Assembly (NCBI GenBank): GCA_045613645.1
Contig: JAZLBJ010000021.1
Span: forward strand, 10,020-74,019
DNA: 64,000 nucleotides
Direction: 5' to 3'
Source of the DNA: Alistipes sp.
GTDB lineage: Bacteria > Bacteroidota > Bacteroidia > Bacteroidales > Rikenellaceae
Below the pieces are notes generated by a model. The model saw only the letters and a program-made list of their open reading frames with translations. It made no database searches and was not told the origin of the DNA. Below are positions 9,099 through 17,166 of the stretch, piece by piece (the stretch's first letter is position 1; each line of letters starts with the position of its first letter). The translations under genes and the position numbers were made by a program.

Positions 9099-10800
9099 AC
9101 AATGCCAAGAGCATCAGCAACTGCGCTGTTAATACTCGCAAGAACATCACAACAGGATATACTGTTGCATAGCCCAATGCTGGCATATCGTTACCCGATG
9201 ATGCATTGGCAAAGCCAAGTGCTGGGGGATCAGTCATAGCACCCGCCATAAGACCCATCATCGTATAGTAGTTAACCTTACCCTTGAGGCGCGCAATGAC
9301 ACCCACGATAAGGAGCGGCAGCATAGTGATGATGACACCATAGCCAATCCACTTGTAACCACCATTTACCACTGCCTCAACAAAGCCGTCGCCAGCCTCG
9401 ATGCCAACGGCAGCCAAGAACATAGCAAGACCTATCTCACGAAGCATGAGGTTTGCACTCATAGTGGTATAGGTAACCATCTTAAAGTGAGGACCAAAGC
9501 GACCCAACAAGATAGCAATGATAAGCGGGCCACCTGCCAAACCAAGCTTCACGGGCTGAGGTATATTCATCAATGGCAATGTACCCAAAAGAATACCAAG
9601 GGCAATACCTATGAATATAGGCAATAGATTTGGGTGGTCTAGCTTCTTGAGTGAGTTACCCAACACCTTCTCGGCCTGTGCCACAGCAGCCTCAGGACCT
9701 ACAACCATCACCTTATCACCCACCTGAAGCTCCATACCCTGATATGGGAGGATGTCGACACCAGCACGATGAACTCGAGTAATGTTGATGCCGTAGCGTG
9801 TGCGAAGACGAAGGTCTGAGAACTTCTTACCGTTAATCTCCTCGCGTGTGATAAGGATACGGCGCGACACAAGAGGTGTTGACTGCATAGCCGCAGCACC
9901 CCACTCCTCAGCACTCATCTCAATAGACTCACCGAAGAAGGTACGAATAGCCTCGAAGTCCTCATCCGTACATATTACACGAAGACGATCGCCAATCTTA
10001 AGCACCGAATTACCATCGGCCATAACAATCTCACCATCCGCATGCATGATACGCGAGATGACAAACTGTCGGTTGATAAGCTCGTGTGCATGAGCAATAG
10101 TCTGACCCTCGAGAGCTCTGTTTGAGAACACCACAGAGTAGCGATGTGGAAGGTGCGTCTCGTTGCTCATAGCAGCCAAGCCCTCATCCTCCTTCTTGAG
10201 GTCGATACGCATCATCGAGCGGATGATGATCATCGACAAGATGATACCAATAACACCCAATGGGTATGCTACGGCGTAACCCAAAGAGATGCTATCGCCA
10301 AGTGAATTAGCCACTTCGGGGGATGCAGAATCCTGGAACGCCTGCTGCGCAGCACCAAGGCCAGGGGTGTTGGTAACCGCACCCGACAAGACACCAACCA
10401 TCGTTGGCAGAGGCTCACCAGTGACAAGGTGAATAACATAGGCTGTCACCACACCGAGAATAACAATCATCGCCGCGAAACCGATAAGCTTCAGACCACC
10501 ACTCTTGAGCGATGAGAAGAAACCGGGACCCACCTGCAAACCGATGAAGAATACAAAGAGGATAAGACCAAACTCCTTGATGAAGTGGAGCGTGGGTTCG
10601 TCGATGGTATCAGCGCCAAGGAAGTGACCAGCGACGATACCAGTAAAGAGTATCCATGTCACACCGAAGGATACACCCTTGATTTTGATTTTGCTTAATG
10701 CTATACCCGATGCTATGACCGCCGCAAGCACAAACACCGTGTGCGCTAGCGCTAGCGATGGACCACCCTCACCGAGGACAACACCTTTCAACCATTCCAT
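9097..10800 (-). CDS. AspT/YidE/YbjL family transporter with two TrkA-C domains
   Basis: GLQVGPGFF, GAVTNTPGLGAA, GYAVAYPLG, GAMTDPPAL, YATVYP; duplicated membrane domains around RCK_C domains. Confidence 0.9.
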   Translation of the reverse strand: MEWLKGVVLGEGGPSLALAHTVFVLAAVIASGIALSKIKIKGVSFGVTWILFTGIVAGHFLGADTIDEPTLHFIKEFGLILFVFFIGLQVGPGFFSSLKSGGLKLIGFAAMIVILGVVTAYVIHLVTGEPLPTMVGVLSGAVTNTPGLGAAQQAFQDSASPEVANSLGDSISLGYAVAYPLGVIGIILSMIIIRSMMRIDLKKEDEGLAAMSNETHLPHRYSVVFSNRALEGQTIAHAHELINRQFVISRIMHADGEIVMADGNSVLKIGDRLRVICTDEDFEAIRTFFGESIEMSAEEWGAAAMQSTPLVSRRILITREEINGKKFSDLRLRTRYGINITRVHRAGVDILPYQGMELQVGDKVMVVGPEAAVAQAEKVLGNSLKKLDHPNLLPIFIGIALGILLGTLPLMNIPQPVKLGLAGGPLIIAILLGRFGPHFKMVTYTTMSANLMLREIGLAMFLAAVGIEAGDGFVEAVVNGGYKWIGYGVIITMLPLLIVGVIARLKGKVNYYTMMGLMAGAMTDPPALGFANASSGNDMPALGYATVYPVVMFLRVLTAQLLMLLAL

Positions 10801-10929
10801 GATATAATATTTTTGGAGTTAATAGTTACACCTTACAATTCGGCGGCAAAGGTAGCCTAATATTCTATATTATAAAATTATTTAGGAGAAATTAATAGAA
10901 AATAATCTATCCTACTCACAAATTGGCAT

Positions 10930-10971
10930 AAAAAGAGAGTGCAAACTCCACACGAAAGTAGAGTTTGCACT
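10930..10971 (-). terminator. Intrinsic terminator
   Basis: AGTGCAAACTC...GAGTTTGCACT stem with an A-tract on the left. Confidence 0.7.
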
Positions 10972-10994
10972 TCACTATGTTTGTAAGATGAGGA

Positions 10995-11939
10995 CTACTT
11001 CAACTTAGCAGCCACCTTCTCCAACATATCCTTAGTCATTGACTCGAGGTCCCACTCAGGCTTCCAACCCCACTCCTCACGAGCGCAGGTGTCGTCCAAA
11101 GAGTTTGGCCAGCTGCGAGATATAACATCCTTAACAGGGTCTACATTATACTCCATCTGGAAGCCAGGCACATGACGCTCAACAACCTCGCGGATGATCT
11201 CTGGTGTGAAGCTCATAGCAGCGATGTTGAAAGAGTTGCGGTGCTTGAGCTTTGCAGGGTCAGCCTCCATAAGCTCAACAGTAGCACGCAATGCATCAGG
11301 CATGTACATCATATCCATGTAAACATCTGGAGCGATGTTACATACGAACTTGTTACCCTTAACAGCCTCGTAGTAGATCTCCACAGCGTAGTCGGTAGTA
11401 CCGCCACCAGGGAGAGTTACATTAGAGATGATACCTGGGAATCGTACCGAACGGGTATCAACGCCGAAGCGTGAATGGTAGTAGTTAGAGAGCAACTCGC
11501 CAGTCACCTTGCACACACCATAGATGGTGTTAGGCTGCATAACGGTATCCTGTGGAGTCTTGTCGCGTGGGAAGTCGCCACCGAAAGCACCGATAGAGCT
11601 TGGGGTGAATACTGCGCAGTTCTTCTCACGAGCAATCTCCAAAGAGTTCTCCAACGCACCCATATTGATGCGCATAGCGAGCTGTGGGTTCTTCTCACCA
11701 GTTGCAGAAAGGAGGGCAACAAGGTTGAAGATAGAGTCGATCTTGTACTTCTCTACAAGCTCGGCATACTGCTTAGCATCGAGGGCGTCGAGTGACTCGA
11801 AAGGACCCGCCTCAGCAAGTACAGCGTTGTGTTTAACATCGGTAGCAACGACATTCGATGCACCATAGATTGAGCGAAGATATGGTACCAACTCAGATCC
11901 AATCTGACCACCGGCACCTACAACCAAAATGCGCTTCAT
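10995..11939 (-). CDS. NAD-dependent epimerase/dehydratase family, likely SDR-type L-threonine 3-dehydrogenase
   Basis: GAGGQIGSEL, ALLSATGE, PSSIGAFG, YGVCK, PGGGTTDYAV (typical of SDR L-ThrDH). Confidence 0.85.
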   Translation of the reverse strand: MKRILVVGAGGQIGSELVPYLRSIYGASNVVATDVKHNAVLAEAGPFESLDALDAKQYAELVEKYKIDSIFNLVALLSATGEKNPQLAMRINMGALENSLEIAREKNCAVFTPSSIGAFGGDFPRDKTPQDTVMQPNTIYGVCKVTGELLSNYYHSRFGVDTRSVRFPGIISNVTLPGGGTTDYAVEIYYEAVKGNKFVCNIAPDVYMDMMYMPDALRATVELMEADPAKLKHRNSFNIAAMSFTPEIIREVVERHVPGFQMEYNVDPVKDVISRSWPNSLDDTCAREEWGWKPEWDLESMTKDMLEKVAAKLK

Positions 11940-12217
11940 TAGCTTGTTAATAGTTAGTTATATGTTTCAGGTTCAATGCACTACCTCGATATTACGCCAC
12001 ATTCGGCGCGCAATCAACAACAAAAGTAGACATTTTTTTGCATTTAGCACAATAAAAGCCACTTTTTTTACAAAAAAATTTAGCACCCCTCCATCTAACC
12101 ACAATGGCTACAACTAAGCACAATACAATTTTAGAATATTACCGAGCTACACCTATTTGTATTTTGGTAAAATTTGTTAACTTTGTATGGGTATATAAAC
12201 TATATAAGTGTGCGAGG

Positions 12218-13423
12218 ATGAACAAGTGCGATAACAACATTAACCAAGAGGGCAAGTCACCTGCCGAGAGCAACGGCGTGGAGGAACCTAAATATAGGGT
12301 ATTGGGTGAATCGGGCTTTGTGGAGGACGAGGAGGGTAACATGTATAGCGCAAGCGAGATACACCCTACCGACAAGCCGAGCAAGCCTATATGCTTCCCG
12401 CACTTTCAGCGCAATAGCTTCGTGTCATCACTCGACGACAAGTGCAACCCTGCATACTGGTACTACGAATATGACGAGCGTTACTGCAGAACGAGCCGCG
12501 AAGAGTGGATGGAGCAGATGGCCGCCAAGCACCGCAAGATGCGCGAGAGGGGCATAACTCCACCCACCATAGGGACTAACCGTCCACCTGTGCGCGAGCC
12601 CGACTGCGCCTACCACCTATGCGAGGCAACAAGAGCACACGCCGACCTGGAGCAGAACGAGGTGATACGCCTCGGCATACACCCCACCTTCCGCAAGGAC
12701 TTCTCCTATGTCCGTGGACTGGGTTTCATAGCCGTGGTGGATAAATTTGGCAATGTCATCATATCGAACGAGAAGTATAAGCTTGTGGGCCACTACAACT
12801 ATGGCCTTGCCATAGCTGAAGATAGGGCTACGGGGCTCTTCGGCTTTGTGGATAGACATGGCCGCGAGGTTGTAGAGTGCAAGTGGCGATCGGTGGGACA
12901 GTTCAGCGAGTATATGGTGGCCGTGCAGGATAAAGACCGCAAATGCGGATATGTGGATGTCCGTGGCGAACTGGCAATACCATGCAAGTGGGAGGAGGCA
13001 TGGCCCTTCCACGAGGGTGTGGCACGCGTGCAGGATAAGCGCCTCTCGGGCCTTATCGACCAGAGCGGCAGGCTCCTAACTCCCTGCGTATGGCGAGGCA
13101 TGGGCGAGTTCAGCGAGGGGCTGATGAATGTGATGAACAAGGAGGGTAAGTGCGGCTATATAGATAGAACGGGCAGTGTTGTTATCCCCTGCCACTGGCA
13201 GCAGGCATGGTCCTTTAAGGATGGCTTGGCCATAGTGCAGGATAAGAATAAGCGCCTCGGCTTTATTGATAGGAGTGGCACGGTTGTCATCCCATGCCGA
13301 TGGAAAAAGGCCAACCCCTTCCAGGGCAGTATTGCCAAGGTTTCGGACTCCAAGCGTTTTCTTCTCTTCAAGGATAAGTGGGTATATATCGACCGCAACG
13401 GTAATATTGTGAGAGAGGAGTAG
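12218..13423 (+). CDS. WG-repeat (KWG Leptospira-type) protein
   Basis: About 6 repeats like GYIDRTGSVVIPCHWQQAWSFKDGLAIVQD. Start placed at ATG 12218, downstream of a TAACTTTG box (12178-12185). Confidence 0.85.
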   Translation: MNKCDNNINQEGKSPAESNGVEEPKYRVLGESGFVEDEEGNMYSASEIHPTDKPSKPICFPHFQRNSFVSSLDDKCNPAYWYYEYDERYCRTSREEWMEQMAAKHRKMRERGITPPTIGTNRPPVREPDCAYHLCEATRAHADLEQNEVIRLGIHPTFRKDFSYVRGLGFIAVVDKFGNVIISNEKYKLVGHYNYGLAIAEDRATGLFGFVDRHGREVVECKWRSVGQFSEYMVAVQDKDRKCGYVDVRGELAIPCKWEEAWPFHEGVARVQDKRLSGLIDQSGRLLTPCVWRGMGEFSEGLMNVMNKEGKCGYIDRTGSVVIPCHWQQAWSFKDGLAIVQDKNKRLGFIDRSGTVVIPCRWKKANPFQGSIAKVSDSKRFLLFKDKWVYIDRNGNIVREE

Positions 13424-13476
13424 GCATTGTATGATACAAGGCGATGATATATAGATAGCGTATGATAGGCTACTAA

Positions 13477-13630
13477 TATGTGATGGCCAAGCCCGTAGGT
13501 GCTGCGTGCGACATGCGGTGTAGCTACTGTTACTATCTCGAAAAGCGAGAGATATATGCAGGAGCATCGCAGCTTATGAGCGAAGAGACCCTCGAGCGGC
13601 TTATAAAGGAGCATATCGCCTCGCAGACAT
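13477..13630 (+). pseudogene. Anaerobic sulfatase maturase (radical SAM) N-terminal fragment
   Basis: YVMAKPVGAACDMRCSYCYYLEK...MSEETLERLIKEHIASQT: CxxxCxxC in anSME context. The homology breaks after about 50 codons. Confidence 0.85.
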
Positions 13631-13792
13631 TCATATGCGGTGATAGCTCTCAACGGAGGTGTTGACATTAAGACCACCTCTTCAATGCTGAGACACGCTT
13701 TTATGCTGATTACAGAGAGGGTATATGCAACACTGCTGCCGAATACGATAGCAGAAAGGGTGAGAGATAAACTCAATGTTAAGTTAGATTAA
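13622..13792 (+). pseudogene. Tyrosine integrase C-terminal remnant
   Basis: Manual translation RRHSYAVIALNGGVDIKTTSSMLRHAFMLITERVYATLLPNTIAERVRDKLNVKLD*: box II RH(S/T)(Y/F)A, L(G)H and catalytic Tyr pattern. Not in the ORF track. Confidence 0.8.
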
Positions 13793-13958
13793 CATAAGAA
13801 CATAACTTCGGTTTTGTCCTTTTTATGTTTCAGGGTAGTATTAGGGTAGTTTTGGTCAGTTTTCTGGTAGTATTTAGACAAAAAAAATAACCGACTGGTT
13901 ACCCAATCAGTTATTGTAAATCGTTGATATTTAGGCTTACAACCTTTATCAAACTACT

Positions 13959-13985
13959 AATACTCCTCCTCGTTAAAGGAGTATT
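13959..13985. mobile_element. att core site: inverted repeat containing a copy of the DUF2795 3' end
   Basis: AATACTCCT-cctcgttaa-AGGAGTATT. TACTCCTCCTCGTTAAAG (13961-13978) is identical to 15725-15742. Confidence 0.8.
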
Positions 13986-14090
13986 GAGGGTTTGTAAGTT
14001 GTTGAGTATCAATCTATATTTTGTGCCATACAAGTTTATATACAAGTTTATTTGGTTGTATATTATCTCTTTTACTTGTTATATTGCGAC

Positions 14091-15491
14091 TTACTCGAGA
14101 TACTGTCCCCAATCAGAGTTAGCATATGCCTCCTCGCAACCTGTTGGAACAATCAGATTTTCAAACTTGCCAAATGAGTCATCAATTTTTGGTGGTATTT
14201 TAGCACAACATACTATTGTATCTATATTGCAACCCTCAAATGCTTTTCTGCCTATCTCGCTAACGCCTTTGCCAATAGTTACACTTGTAAGGCTGCTACA
14301 CTCATAGAATACCCTCTCTCCAATCGACGTTACGCTATCGGGGATAGTCACACTTGTAAGGCTGCTGCAACCACAGAATGCACCAACTCCAATCGTCTTT
14401 ACGCTATCGGGAATAGTCACACTTGTAAGGCGGGTGCAAGAAGAGAATGCATCCATTCCAATTGTAGTTACACTATCTGGAATAGTTACACTTGTAAGGC
14501 TTTTGCACCAATAGAATGCCCACCATCCAATCGTCGTTACGCTATCGGGAATAGTCACACTTGTAAGGCTGCTGCAACCACTAAATGCACCAACTCCAAT
14601 CGTCTTTACGCTATCGGGAATAGTCACACTTGTAAGGCTGCTGCAACCACTGAATGCATTATCTCCAATCGTGTTTACGCTATCGGGGATAGTCATACTT
14701 GTAAGGCTGTTGCAATCTTCGAATGCTAAACCTCCAATCGTCTTTACGCTATTGCCAATAGTCACACTTGTAAGGCTGCCACAACCACTGAATGCTCTAA
14801 TTCCAATCGTCTTTACGCTATTGCCAATAGTCACACTTGTAAGGCTGCTGCAACGACTGAATGCATAAACTCCAATCGTCGTTACGTTATCGGGAATAGT
14901 CACACTTGTAAGACCTTTGCAACCTTCGAATGCAGAACTTCCAATCGTCTTTACGCTATCGGGAATAGTATATTGAGTAACACCACAGCCAATAGCAAAA
15001 GCATTTAGTACGCCATCAATAATCAAACAACGGCCACCATCAGCAGCAAATTTGCCCTTAAACTCTTTAATGCTGCAACCACAGAATGCGTCCTCTCCAA
15101 TCGTTGTTACGCTATCGGGAATAGTCACACTTGTAAGGCTGCTGCAACCTCTGAATGCACTATCTCCAATCGTCGTTACGCTATCGGGTATAGTCACACT
15201 TGTAAGGCTACTGCACCAAGCGAATGCATAATCTCCAATCGTTGTTACGCTATCGGGGATAGTTATGCTTTTAAGATTATTACACTCTTCGAAATAACTG
15301 TCAAATCCGTGATTACCTATTTTAGTAATAGGCTTTTCAAAAATGATTGAACCTACGTTTGTATATGTATGCGATATTATTTTTGCATCAAACGCATCTT
15401 CCTTCAATGACAGCATTTGCCCATCAGTAGTAGTGTATTCAAGGATACAAAGTTTATTATTTGTTAAGTCTGCGGAGATAAGTTTTGCCAT
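14091..15491 (-). CDS. BspA/TpLRR-type leucine-rich repeat protein
   Basis: 14 repeats of C-x-x-L-T-S-V-T-I-P-D-S-V-x-T-I-G-x-x-A-F (23 aa / 69 bp); no obvious signal peptide. Confidence 0.92.
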   Translation of the reverse strand: MAKLISADLTNNKLCILEYTTTDGQMLSLKEDAFDAKIISHTYTNVGSIIFEKPITKIGNHGFDSYFEECNNLKSITIPDSVTTIGDYAFAWCSSLTSVTIPDSVTTIGDSAFRGCSSLTSVTIPDSVTTIGEDAFCGCSIKEFKGKFAADGGRCLIIDGVLNAFAIGCGVTQYTIPDSVKTIGSSAFEGCKGLTSVTIPDNVTTIGVYAFSRCSSLTSVTIGNSVKTIGIRAFSGCGSLTSVTIGNSVKTIGGLAFEDCNSLTSMTIPDSVNTIGDNAFSGCSSLTSVTIPDSVKTIGVGAFSGCSSLTSVTIPDSVTTIGWWAFYWCKSLTSVTIPDSVTTIGMDAFSSCTRLTSVTIPDSVKTIGVGAFCGCSSLTSVTIPDSVTSIGERVFYECSSLTSVTIGKGVSEIGRKAFEGCNIDTIVCCAKIPPKIDDSFGKFENLIVPTGCEEAYANSDWGQYLE

Positions 15492-15520
15492 AGTAGTGTC
15501 AGCATAGGTTTACATCTTCA

Positions 15521-15528
15521 CAAAGGTA
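15521..15528 (-). promoter_or_regulatory. -7 box (TACCTTTG) for the LRR gene
   Basis: TAnnTTTG 30 nt upstream of ATG 15491. Confidence 0.6.
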
Positions 15529-15647
15529 GTGATTTATTTTTAATATGTAAGAGGATTCAAATAAGAATTAGAAAATAGACAAGGAAATTTTTCCAACCCC
15601 AACGAAGATAGTGTAGAACAAGGGTTGCCAAGGGGTAATAAGGCGTA

Positions 15648-15690
15648 CAAAAAAAAAGAGAAACAAGTTTATTTCCCTTGTTTCTCTTTT
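15648..15690 (-). terminator. Terminator after the DUF2795 gene
   Basis: A-tract then AAAAGAGAAACAAG...CTTGTTTCTCTTTT hairpin. Confidence 0.75.
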
Positions 15691-15720
15691 GATTATCAGC
15701 TATTTGACTGACAAAATCTT

Positions 15721-15942
15721 TTAGTACTCCTCCTCGTTAAAGAAGAAGTCATCCTTCGAAGGATAATCAGGCCAGATGTCCTCAATAGACTCATAGATGT
15801 CACCCTCGTCCTCGATCTCCTGAAGGTTCTCCAAAACCTCGAGTGGCGCACCTGAACGAACGGCGTAATCAATCAACTCATCCTTTGTTGCGGGCCATGG
15901 AGCATCCTCCAACTTCGACGCAAGCTCTAATGTCCAATACAT
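15721..15942 (-). CDS. DUF2795 domain small acidic protein
   Basis: MYWTLELASKLEDAPWPATKDELIDYA...FFFNEEEY, a highly conserved Bacteroidetes protein. Confidence 0.9.
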   Translation of the reverse strand: MYWTLELASKLEDAPWPATKDELIDYAVRSGAPLEVLENLQEIEDEGDIYESIEDIWPDYPSKDDFFFNEEEY

Positions 15943-16089
15943 AGTTATTCTCGGTTTTAAATTATATCAACTTTCTACTCCCTATAAACGCACTATTGCG
16001 ATTTTTAGCGTACAAATGTAGGAAATAATTTTTTATATCCAAGCGACAAGCACAAAAATCTTTGAATTTCACCCTTTTACTATACCCCA

Positions 16090-16641
16090 CTACGGTATCC
16101 ACAGGTGCTCCTCGATACCCAGGCGTTCGGTGAGTAGGCGGCCAACAGTATAGAGGTAGTCCGAGAGGCGGTTGAGATAGCACAACGCCGTCTCGTCCAC
16201 AAGGCTAAGCTCCGAGGCGCGCAGTGCAGCACGCTCCGAACGGCGGCACACCGTGCGGCATACATGGCATAGCGACACAAGGCGATGGCCACCAGGTATG
16301 GTGAACTTGGTAATAGGCGTAAGCTCTGCCTGGTACCTATCTATGGCCTCCTCCAAGGCTGTGACATAGGCCATATCGAGGGGCTGCACCTTATCCTCGC
16401 CACCGCGACCCACAGCCAGGAGTGCCGAGACACTCATCAAGCGCGACTCCACACCACGCAACTCATCAACAAGTGTGGGCATATCGCACGCCTCGCTGAT
16501 GCTATCGGCCAATAGAGCCACATAGGACATAAGCTCGTCTACCGTACCATAGGCCTCCACACGAAGGTCGGCCTTTGAGACACGCTCACCGCCAATGAGC
16601 GATGTAGTGCCCCTATCTCCGCTTTTGGTATATATCTTCAT
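16090..16641 (-). CDS. PduO-type ATP:cob(I)alamin adenosyltransferase
   Basis: MKIYTKSGDRGTT, EAYGTVDEL, FTIPGG, CRTVCRRSER, YLNRLSDYLY. Confidence 0.92.
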   Translation of the reverse strand: MKIYTKSGDRGTTSLIGGERVSKADLRVEAYGTVDELMSYVALLADSISEACDMPTLVDELRGVESRLMSVSALLAVGRGGEDKVQPLDMAYVTALEEAIDRYQAELTPITKFTIPGGHRLVSLCHVCRTVCRRSERAALRASELSLVDETALCYLNRLSDYLYTVGRLLTERLGIEEHLWIP

Positions 16642-16647
16642 AACTTT

Positions 16648-17160
16648 TTATATTCTAAAGCGCTGCTTAGGCAGGTGATTATTAAACACCAAGAGGTATG
16701 CTCGGTTATCTACTGTTGTCGAGGGGTGGGCATCTATAATAGCACTACATGCCGCCCAGCGCTCTGCCGAGTAGTATGGGTTCATTATGCATAGTGTCAC
16801 ACCCTTGTCACGCGCAAACGATGCATACTCCGCAAGAGTCTCGGGGACGATATCCACCGTGGCAACGATGAAGTCGGCCTTGGTGAGGCTATCTATAACC
16901 CAGGTATTATACTCGCAGTGCACCACAAGGTTTTGCAGCTGCACGGCTCTACGCTTGGCCACACCCAAAGCCACAAGGGCATCGTAGAGTGGGTGCTCCT
17001 CGACATTGAGCTTCGAGCGCATAAAGACCTGGCGCACGATATTATATATGTATGGCGAGTGAACACCGTGGCCTCTAAAGTAACGAGCACGCTTAATCCT
17101 TGAGGATAGGTGCTTGAGTCCATAAAGTCGCTGCTTTAGCGTGCGTCCCGAGCGTTTCAT
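16648..17160 (-). CDS. Conserved hypothetical protein (resembles a shortened Bacteroidetes methyltransferase-like family)
   Basis: RGHGVHSPYIY N-terminal motif and HLPKQRFRI C-terminus; in an operon with pduO. Confidence 0.6.
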   Translation of the reverse strand: MKRSGRTLKQRLYGLKHLSSRIKRARYFRGHGVHSPYIYNIVRQVFMRSKLNVEEHPLYDALVALGVAKRRAVQLQNLVVHCEYNTWVIDSLTKADFIVATVDIVPETLAEYASFARDKGVTLCIMNPYYSAERWAACSAIIDAHPSTTVDNRAYLLVFNNHLPKQRFRI

Positions 17161-17166
17161 ATTCTA

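Larger units (their letters stand above)
13961..15742. mobile_element. att-bounded, integrase-less cassette/IME remnant carrying a BspA-like LRR gene
   Basis: Flanked by an 18-bp direct repeat; visibly AT-rich; short direct repeats and IHF-like sites near both ends; integrase remnant adjacent. Confidence 0.65.

Noticed and set aside
13470-13478. CTACTAATA shared with 13954-13962 as a third att copy
   Set aside because: Only 9 AT-rich bp and it lacks the overlap sequence; chance cannot be excluded.
13156-13776. 206-aa minus-strand ORF across the pseudogene region
   Set aside because: Overlaps the WG gene and two recognisable plus-strand fragments; no motifs.
14230-15270. 69-bp repeats as a CRISPR array or DGR template/variable region
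   Set aside because: The repeats are in-frame LRR codons. No reverse transcriptase or non-coding template copy is in the window, and framework adenines are conserved.
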